Below, piece after piece: positions 6,763 through 14,608 of a stretch of 14,608 nucleotides of DNA (within the stretch, counting starts at the first letter, position 1; each line of letters starts with the position of its first letter). The stretch covers positions 1 to 14,608 of the forward strand of contig CAZMIT010000039.1 of assembly GCA_964566495.1 (NCBI GenBank), in the 5' to 3' direction. Source of the stretch: an uncultured bacterium (GTDB lineage: Bacteria; T1Sed10-126). Below the pieces are notes generated by a model. The model worked only from the letters and a program-made list of their open reading frames with translations, was not told the DNA's origin and did no database searches. Both the position numbers and the translations under genes were made by a program.

Positions 6763-7284
6763 TCAATCGAGTTCTTCGAGGCTGTTGGGAAGGTACTGGT
6801 TGAATTTTTTTTCAGCCTCTTTTCGAGAGTAGTCTTCTATACACATTAATTCCCCCATAAGAAACTGGGAGACAGTATCGTATACACGTTTTTCTGTAAT
6901 GTTCAGGTTCTGATCCAGAAAACGGGTGTGAAGTTTTTGTAGGCCTTCGATGGCCGACTCAAGATCACCGGTCTTGACGTCGTCCAGGAGTGATTTTAGC
7001 GTCTGCTGGTGAATTTTCTCAGGATGTTCTTTTTCCTCCGGATCGTAGTTTTCCTTGATAAACTGTTGTGCTTCCTCCAGCTTATCGTAGAAATTATCCC
7101 GGGGAGTTAGCTCGCGAACTCCAACTTCCTCAAGATTATTGGTAGGAATTTTGACAGTTTTCTGGTTGAGACACATCTCTATCACAAAGTATTGCTCTAC
7201 TTCACCGTTTCTTTCAATTTTTTCTTGTTCAATAATTTTACCGGCTCCATGATGCGGATAAATAACAGCGTCGCCAACTTGCAA
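6763..7284 (-). CDS. CarD/CdnL-family RNA-polymerase-binding regulator (divergent)
   Basis: N-terminal RNAP-interaction domain VGDAVIYPHHGAGKI...YFVI...VKIP...VGVRE. C-terminal KTGD and LNITEKRVYD...FLMGEL. TTG start with SD GGAGGTG. Confidence 0.88.
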   Translation of the reverse strand: MQVGDAVIYPHHGAGKIIEQEKIERNGEVEQYFVIEMCLNQKTVKIPTNNLEEVGVRELTPRDNFYDKLEEAQQFIKENYDPEEKEHPEKIHQQTLKSLLDDVKTGDLESAIEGLQKLHTRFLDQNLNITEKRVYDTVSQFLMGELMCIEDYSRKEAEKKFNQYLPNSLEELD

Positions 7285-7354
7285 AGAAAACGCACCTCCA
7301 AAAAATGTTTTAGCACAGGTATTTTAATCTGGGCACAAGCAAATATCATTATGA

Positions 7355-7383
7355 ATTATATCGCATAAATAGGTAATTTAACA
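7355..7383 (-). promoter_or_regulatory. Putative promoter of the CarD-like gene
   Basis: Minus strand TGTTAA (7383-7378)-N17-TATAAT (7360-7355). Confidence 0.5.
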
Positions 7384-7404
7384 GGGGGGCTCTGATAGCA
7401 GCAG

Positions 7405-7511
7405 AACCTACCGGAGGGGCTCCCAAATTCCTCCCCACGATCTCCAGGGGAGGGGATTTGCCAGGGCCACGCCAAACAAGTACGATTTTGGTTTTTGGCG
7501 GCCATCTGGCA
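7405..7511. repeat. GC-rich tandem hairpins between divergent promoters
   Basis: CAAATtCCTCCCC/GGGGAGGggATTTG (7424-7460) and TGCCAG.GCC.CGCCAAA/TTTGGCG.GCC..CTGGCA (7459-7511). Leader AACCTACCGGAG (7405-7416) is shared with the arms at 3752 and 3880. Confidence 0.55.
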
Positions 7512-7527
7512 GTAGTAGATTTTATTA

Positions 7528-7556
7528 TGTTAAAAAGAAACGTGCTTTGTTATAAT
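7528..7556 (+). promoter_or_regulatory. Putative extended -10 promoter of the SDR-WYL pair
   Basis: TGt-TATAAT (7548-7556), with TGTTAA (7528-7533) 17 nt upstream of the -10 hexamer. Confidence 0.6.
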
Positions 7557-7614
7557 CAAGCCAATGCATTAAGTTTAACTTGCTGAGATAATTAACGAGA
7601 AAGGATGTATTTAA

Positions 7615-8313
7615 ATGACTGAACGTGTCTTTATTACAGGAGCTAACCGGGGACTGGGATTGGAGTTTGTTCGCCAGTATCTAAATTCTGGCTGGAAGGT
7701 ATATGCTACCGCTCGCCAGCCTGAGAATGCAGATGAATTGCACTCACTGCAGGATAAATTTGAGAAAAACTTAAAAATTTTGCGGCTAGATATCAGCAAA
7801 GAAGACTCCGTGGAAGCGGTCGGACGGACGATGGAACGGCTTGAAGACGGGATTGAGCTGTTGATAAATAATGCTGGCACGTATGGTTCAAAAGACGGTT
7901 TTCTGGAGCTGGAGCCGGAACAGTTAACGGAGATTTTTGCTGTAAATTGTGTTGGTTCTTTTCGCTTGACGCAGCGATTATTTTCCCTTGTAAGGGGCGT
8001 TAAGGGCGATGTTGTTTTCATCACTTCGCTAATGGGATCGATAGACGACAACAGAAGTGGAGGGGCTTATCCCTACAGGATTTCAAAAGCCGCCCTGAAT
8101 ATGCTGGGCAAGACCGTGAGTGAAGATTTTAAATCTGAGGGAGTCTACACGTTACTTCTGCATCCGGGCTGGGTGAAAACTCGTATGGGCGGTGAGAACG
8201 CCAAAATCAACGTGGAAACCTCGGTTACCGGAATGCGGGAGGTAATTTCACAAATGGATCTGGAAATGAGCGGAAAGTTTTACGCTTATGACGGTGAGAC
8301 GCGTCCCTGGTAA
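7615..8313 (+). CDS. Short-chain dehydrogenase/reductase (CsgA/C-factor-like classical SDR)
   Basis: TGANRGLG, LINNAG, TSLMGSI, catalytic YRISK and HPGWVKTRMGG. SD AAGGA. Confidence 0.93.
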   Translation: MTERVFITGANRGLGLEFVRQYLNSGWKVYATARQPENADELHSLQDKFEKNLKILRLDISKEDSVEAVGRTMERLEDGIELLINNAGTYGSKDGFLELEPEQLTEIFAVNCVGSFRLTQRLFSLVRGVKGDVVFITSLMGSIDDNRSGGAYPYRISKAALNMLGKTVSEDFKSEGVYTLLLHPGWVKTRMGGENAKINVETSVTGMREVISQMDLEMSGKFYAYDGETRPW

Positions 8314-8342
8314 ATAAATCACTACGGAAGCGGGGTAATACG

Positions 8343-8666
8343 ATGGAGATTGAGAAACGAGTTGCAACAATATGTGAGGCGATAAGCGAGCGTCAAATTA
8401 TAGAATTCAACTACCAGTGGAGAAGTCGCGTAGTTGAGCCTTATCTGGTCGGGGTACACGAGGATGAGGAGGAGTTAATGCTACGCGCGGTCCAGGTGGC
8501 CGGAGAAAGTAAAAGCGGTGGGTTACCGGACTGGCGACTGTTTCGTTTGAATGAAATGAAAAAGCTAAAGGTTACTGACAGGCGTTTTGAGCCCCGGCTG
8601 GAAGAATATGAGCCTAAGGATCCGGAGCTTGTGGACCGGGAGTGCTGGGTCGGCAGTAAGTATTGA
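8343..8666 (+). CDS. Stand-alone WYL-domain protein
   Basis: ICEAISERQIIEFNY...RVVEPYLVG...LRAVQVAG.SKSG..PDWRLFRL..M..L.VTD..F matches the WYL (Sm/SH3-like) pattern. No HTH or WCX domain. 107 aa. Confidence 0.8.
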   Translation: MEIEKRVATICEAISERQIIEFNYQWRSRVVEPYLVGVHEDEEELMLRAVQVAGESKSGGLPDWRLFRLNEMKKLKVTDRRFEPRLEEYEPKDPELVDRECWVGSKY

Positions 8667-8716
8667 CTGTAAAATTTTTTAACATTTAGATCAGCGACAA
8701 GAATCAAATAAACAGG

Positions 8717-9106
8717 TTATTGTTCCAGCGAGACCGTGATAACCGGAGCTCGACCTATCTCGCTGTCGGCGATTGAGCCTAACATCTCTCTTTCCAATGT
8801 TTCACTGGCCAGGGTATCACCGGTTCCGGCTCGTGAACCACGCTGACAGAGGAAAATAATATCTGGCTGATGTTCTCCAACCAGCTCATTAATTGTCATC
8901 GAGGAAATTTTTGACTTAAGATTGGCAACTTTCACCACACAGGTGTCATCCTTCTCTGCAAAATTAGCTTCGTTAATATTTTCCCCCACCCAGGTTATGT
9001 GAAATCTCTGGTTTTTACAAAGTTGGTTGACGACGTCAACAGCGACGTCACCATCGCCTATGACCAGGGCCTGGATAGGAGTTCCGCTTGGTGAGAGGTT
9101 CTGCAT
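8717..9106 (-). CDS. Small Rossmann-like alpha/beta protein, hypothetical (129 aa)
   Basis: The start is better placed at ATG 9106, which overlaps the transporter stop as TAATG with GGGGTGG upstream, than at GTG 9115. Beta-alpha motif IQALVIGDGDVAVDVVNQL. Confidence 0.75.
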   Translation of the reverse strand: MQNLSPSGTPIQALVIGDGDVAVDVVNQLCKNQRFHITWVGENINEANFAEKDDTCVVKVANLKSKISSMTINELVGEHQPDIIFLCQRGSRAGTGDTLASETLEREMLGSIADSEIGRAPVITVSLEQ

Positions 9107-10497
9107 TACAACCACCCCAGGTAGAAAAGTAGATAGAAATAAACAATAGTTAAAACGACCAGTGGCAGAGTGACCAGACCACCAATTTTTAACATAACTT
9201 TGGTGGAAATTACTTCAGTGGTGTAAATTAAGGCCATGCGTGAGGAAGCGCAGGGTAGGAGAAAGCCAAAAGTGGCCCCGAAAGCCATAGGAAGTACCAG
9301 TTGCAGCGCAGTGTATGGTAGGTTTCCGGCGGAAGCGCTCAACAGGGGGGCGACAATAGCGACAACAGTCGTGTTGTTCACACTGTTGCTGGCCAGGGAA
9401 GAGAGTAAGATTAACAGGGCCGCCACGATTGGATAGGGAAAAAAGGCGATTACCCCTTCTGCCAGTAAGGCGAATTGTCGCGATACACCGCTGGCTATCA
9501 GGCCATTACCCAGGGCCAGCCCGCCGCCGATTATCAGGTAGACTCCCCAGTTAACTCGTCGGGCGTCCTTCCAGGAAATAACTTCAAAAGTAAATAACAA
9601 GCTGGCGGCTGTTAAACTGATAACGGCGCTTTCCAGCAGGCCGCCGGTCAGGGGTAGTGCCCAGGTCAAAACGGGCGAGGTTAGCCAGAGCAGGATAGCG
9701 CCCAGGAAAATGGCAAGAGTTACGCCCTGTTTGGGGGTAAACATGGGTTCGGTTGCTTCCCGAGGGTAGAGTTCACCGGTCTCGATAGTAACGTCGGTGG
9801 GTAGGACGGTTAGCGTCAGTATAAACCAGGACAAAAGGAGCGAAAGAAAGGCCAGGGGAGTTCCATAGACCATCCAATCGAGAAAGGTCCAGGGGATTTT
9901 ATCAGCTAACACGCCGCTGGCGACGGCGTTCGAGGAGGCGCCCAGGATTGTACTCAACCCGCCTAGCGTAGTAGCCAGGGCAAGCCCCATTAGCAAAACC
10001 CGGGTAAAATTGTCTTTGCGTTCTTTTTCCCGGACCCGGCCCCCAATAGTTAAACAGACCGGTATCAGCATAGCAACCACGGCTGTGGAAAAAACCCACA
10101 TCGAGGTCAAAGCACCAACCCCCATGATGCTGAGTAAAATTAGCCGGGGTCGCCCACGAGAATAAAATAGCAACCGCGTCGCCAGCTTACGAGTGAGATT
10201 ATGTTTACGCAGAGCCTCGGCGATAAACAATGAGCCCAGGATTAGAAAGACTACCGGGTCGGCAAAAGGGGCGAATGCTTCCTCAACCGGAAGCAGGTTG
10301 GTAGCCACTAAAGCAACTGGTATGAGCAGTGCTGTGACTTGAATTGCTACGGGTTCGAAGACAAAGAGTCCGGCTGCGAATATTAACGTGGCAAGCCCGG
10401 CCCGCAGTTCAAAATCGAGTTCTGACAGCCCCGGCATCCAGAAAAACAAACTGGCAATAAAAATTATTAAAAAAATAGTCCAGTATTTTTTCTTCAT
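9106..10497 (-). CDS. SLC13/DASS family anion transporter
   Basis: 463 aa, highly hydrophobic with two inverted halves. FADPVVFLILGSLFIAEALRKHNLTRKLA, ISWKDARRVNWGVYLIIGGGLALG and FLLP..S. ATGA overlap with the thiI stop. Confidence 0.9.
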   Translation of the reverse strand: MKKKYWTIFLIIFIASLFFWMPGLSELDFELRAGLATLIFAAGLFVFEPVAIQVTALLIPVALVATNLLPVEEAFAPFADPVVFLILGSLFIAEALRKHNLTRKLATRLLFYSRGRPRLILLSIMGVGALTSMWVFSTAVVAMLIPVCLTIGGRVREKERKDNFTRVLLMGLALATTLGGLSTILGASSNAVASGVLADKIPWTFLDWMVYGTPLAFLSLLLSWFILTLTVLPTDVTIETGELYPREATEPMFTPKQGVTLAIFLGAILLWLTSPVLTWALPLTGGLLESAVISLTAASLLFTFEVISWKDARRVNWGVYLIIGGGLALGNGLIASGVSRQFALLAEGVIAFFPYPIVAALLILLSSLASNSVNNTTVVAIVAPLLSASAGNLPYTALQLVLPMAFGATFGFLLPCASSRMALIYTTEVISTKVMLKIGGLVTLPLVVLTIVYFYLLFYLGWL

Positions 10498-11732
10498 ATT
10501 TCTTCGCCATCGGTTAATGGGTCAAGACCGTTGACGTCGTAAGTGATTGTAGTTGCCTGGTCGAGGGCTTCGTTGTCCAGGGTTTTAAGATCAATTTTTT
10601 TCTCAAGTTTGGAAGCTTCCGTGGGGGAAGTCTTTGTGCGCGGGTGGCGGGCAAGAATAGAACAACAGTCCTTATAGTCGTCAATAGAAATATTATAGCT
10701 CCCCCAGCGGCGAGCATAACCTGATATTTCCTCTTTGTTCATGCCAACCAGCGGGCGCAGGACGGGCCGACTGGTTGGCGAGCTGATTGTGGTAAGATTC
10801 TCCAACGTCTGGGAGGCGACCTGTCCCAGGCTTTCTCCGGTAACAATTGCGCCCAGGTTGTTTTTCTTGCAGATTTTATCTGCCACCCGGGTAAGGTGGC
10901 GGCGGAAAAGAACCATTTTAAAGTTGGCGGGAAATTTACGGCTTACCAGCTCGAAGGGGAGGTCAGGCACAAGATAAAGTTTTCCCCGGGTTCCAAAACC
11001 TGCCAGGTGATTTACGAGAGCTCTGAGTTTGTGTTCCAGGGCCTCCCGGGCCGAGGAATAATTGTAAAAATGGAGGAAATCCGTTCGGCACCCCCGGCTC
11101 AAGATTCTTAAGGCGGCGACCGGCGAATCGATCCCCCCGGAAAGCAGTGTCAGGACCGCCCCCGAGGTTTCTACCGGTAGCCCGCGGAAGCCGTCAAATT
11201 TGTGAAAAAAGAGAAGAGCCTGGTTGTGCAGTATTCTGACGTAAATTTCCAGGTCAGGCTCATCCAGGTCTACCCCCAGCTCAGTTGATTCATTGATCAC
11301 CGCACCGATTTTGGTGTTACATTGTACAGAGTTTTTTGAAAATTCTTTATCTGCTCGACTGCAGCAGATAGCAAATTTTTCACTTTTATCAATCAGCGGA
11401 GCTCCCGCTTTTAAGGCCGCCGAGGCGATGGTCTCAAGGTTTCGAGGAAGCTTCCAGGCAGGAGCAAACCAGGCGATTCCGGCGACTGTCTGCAGGTGTT
11501 CCAGGATCGCCTGTAGATTGCTGTGCGGGTATATGTCTAAAAGAAAACCGTTTCTTAATTTTTTCAGTTCCCCGTGTTTAAACTCAGCCAGTCGTTCCTC
11601 GATGTTTTCCTTAAGTTGTGAGATAAATAGCGGTTGGTTCCCTTTTTTCAGGTAGAGTTCACCAAAACGGATCAGGATGGTGTCGGGGTTAGAGTTGTAG
11701 TCAGCAGTTAGATTAAAATCACTGTCAGTCAT
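10494..11732 (-). CDS. thiI: tRNA 4-thiouridine(8) synthase ThiI (no rhodanese domain)
   Basis: ILIRFGELYLK, THUMP domain (VDLDEPD), GLPV, PP-loop LLSGGIDSPVAA, TGESLGQVASQT, LRPLVGMNKEEI and DCC..HPRT. 412 aa. Confidence 0.94.
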   Translation of the reverse strand: MTDSDFNLTADYNSNPDTILIRFGELYLKKGNQPLFISQLKENIEERLAEFKHGELKKLRNGFLLDIYPHSNLQAILEHLQTVAGIAWFAPAWKLPRNLETIASAALKAGAPLIDKSEKFAICCSRADKEFSKNSVQCNTKIGAVINESTELGVDLDEPDLEIYVRILHNQALLFFHKFDGFRGLPVETSGAVLTLLSGGIDSPVAALRILSRGCRTDFLHFYNYSSAREALEHKLRALVNHLAGFGTRGKLYLVPDLPFELVSRKFPANFKMVLFRRHLTRVADKICKKNNLGAIVTGESLGQVASQTLENLTTISSPTSRPVLRPLVGMNKEEISGYARRWGSYNISIDDYKDCCSILARHPRTKTSPTEASKLEKKIDLKTLDNEALDQATTITYDVNGLDPLTDGEEI

Positions 11733-12210
11733 CGAGTAGATTCCACCTGATAAGCCTGTTTTTTATAGCCTTAAAGTGGCTGCCGTGCCAGTAGACGCTG
11801 TCGCAGTCAGGACAGCAATAGTAGTCGTCTATCCAGTTATAAGTTTCCGCTGGCACTTCATCCCGAACCGCTTTTTTGCTTATCGGGGTAATTTTTCGGT
11901 TGCACTTGAGGCAGCGTTTAAACAATCGTGCCCGGAGAAATTTCAATTCGTGTTCTTCTTTCAGGCGCTTTAACTGCTCGCGCAGCTCGGTCGAGTGGAT
12001 CAATGTTGCCGGCAGATCAGCGGCTAACTCTAAACAGAGTTTACGGTCGCGGCTCAGAATAATCCGTTGCTGGGAGCGGGCAAAGTCGACCAGCTCGCGG
12101 TCGGCGAAGCTTTTTCGATACTCACAATCGTAACCGCAGATGAGCAGGTAGCGGCTTAGCTTTCCCAGCATAACGTCAGCTACAAACCGGGGAGATACGG
12201 AACAATTCAA
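11725..12210 (-). CDS. Mut7-C RNase-domain (PIN-like, DUF82) protein with zinc ribbon
   Basis: RFVADVMLGKLSRYL...GYD, RIILSRDRKL, RCLKCN...CPDC.SVYWHGSHF. 8-nt overlap with thiI. Exact TTG start uncertain. Confidence 0.88.
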   Translation of the reverse strand: MNCSVSPRFVADVMLGKLSRYLLICGYDCEYRKSFADRELVDFARSQQRIILSRDRKLCLELAADLPATLIHSTELREQLKRLKEEHELKFLRARLFKRCLKCNRKITPISKKAVRDEVPAETYNWIDDYYCCPDCDSVYWHGSHFKAIKNRLIRWNLLDD

Positions 12211-12256
12211 TTTCGGTCACATTTTTAATAGAATTGTTGTGGTAAAAAGGTAAAAT

Positions 12257-12289
12257 ATTTTGCACCAGCATTAATTATTTTAACATAAT
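12257..12289. promoter_or_regulatory. Overlapping divergent promoter candidates (Mut7-C operon and thrH-ligA)
   Basis: Plus strand TTGCAC (12260-12265)-N18-CATAAT (12284-12289). Minus strand TGTTAA (12285-12280)-N17-CAAAAT (12262-12257). Confidence 0.4.
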
Positions 12290-12312
12290 CGTTGAAAGGG
12301 GCGTAGGTCTGA

Positions 12313-12930
12313 TTGATTATCGCAACTGATCTTGAGGGAGTGCTAATCCCGGAAATATGGGACGCTATAGCGTCGGAGTATGGGATAGACGAATTACATT
12401 TGACCACGCGTGATATACCTGATTTTGAGGAGTTAATGGAACATCGTGTCAATGTCTTAAACCGGCAGGATTTGCGGCTCGAGGACCTGCAGAAGGTGGC
12501 CCGAGACGTAATGGCGTTCCCCGGCAGCACTGAGTTCTTGAACTGGGGACGCCGGCGAGGACAGATAATTATCATTTCCGATACCTTTCACGAACTCTCC
12601 GATCCGCTGGTCTGGGAATTTGGCGGCTACAACCTTTTTGCCAATCAGTTTACTACTGATTCAAAGGGCCGTATAACCGGTTATAAGCTGCGCATTCGGG
12701 GTATGAAATGGCGGGCTCTTGAAAAGCTTCGTGACATAGGTTTTTTTATTGTTGCGATTGGTGACTCACACAACGATCTTTCCATGCTTGAAGAAGCCCA
12801 TCATCCTATTTTTTTCAACCCCCCGAGGGAGTTGCGCGAAAAGTGTAGTGATTTTCCCGTCGCTGAAACTTATGATGATTTAAGGGAGTCAATATTGAGC
12901 GTCCCCGCCGAATTAATTGAAAACCCGTGA
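12313..12930 (+). CDS. thrH: Phosphoserine phosphatase / phosphoserine:homoserine phosphotransferase (HAD family)
   Basis: DLEGVLIPEIW, LTTRDIPDFEELM..R, IISDTF, GYKLR and GDSHNDLSML. 205 aa. Confidence 0.9.
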   Translation: MIIATDLEGVLIPEIWDAIASEYGIDELHLTTRDIPDFEELMEHRVNVLNRQDLRLEDLQKVARDVMAFPGSTEFLNWGRRRGQIIIISDTFHELSDPLVWEFGGYNLFANQFTTDSKGRITGYKLRIRGMKWRALEKLRDIGFFIVAIGDSHNDLSMLEEAHHPIFFNPPRELREKCSDFPVAETYDDLRESILSVPAELIENP

Positions 12931-12938
12931 ACTGGTGA

Positions 12939-14608
<1,670 letters not shown>

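Noticed and set aside
7615..8313. Myxobacterial C-signal function for the CsgA-like SDR next to a CarD-family gene
   Set aside because: CsgA-like SDRs are widespread and there are no developmental genes here, so the adjacency is probably coincidental.
8668..8684. TGTAA-N7-TAACA palindrome matching the GlnR/TnrA box pattern
   Set aside because: Lies between convergent gene ends, not in a promoter, and AT-rich sequence makes a chance match likely.

Overview
Bacterial chromosomal window of mostly housekeeping genes, with no CRISPR array, transposase, rRNA or intact tRNA. Gene order: aroC (5'-truncated) > prfC > < signal-less NMT1/THI5-like protein | 63-aa small protein > atypical type IA topoisomerase > < CarD-family protein | SDR > stand-alone WYL protein > < [small Rossmann-like protein < SLC13/DASS transporter < thiI < Mut7-C RNase-domain protein, all overlapping] | thrH > ligA (3'-truncated, absent from the ORF track). 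Several proteins are Glu/Asp-rich, and LigA has an N-terminus like the haloarchaeal LigN type, so the host may be halophilic (inference). Most notable: (1) a translationally coupled Mut7-C-thiI-DASS-Rossmann operon whose transporter has all four canonical binding motifs altered; (2) a CarD homologue without the promoter-wedge Trp, convergent with a TopA that has GRVL instead of GRVQ and a non-zinc-ribbon C-terminus; (3) a recurring TGTTAA-N17-(T/C)A(T/A)AAT promoter pattern; (4) GC-rich nested palindromic REP/MITE-like elements in four intergenic gaps. All family calls come from motif recognition by eye, not database searches.
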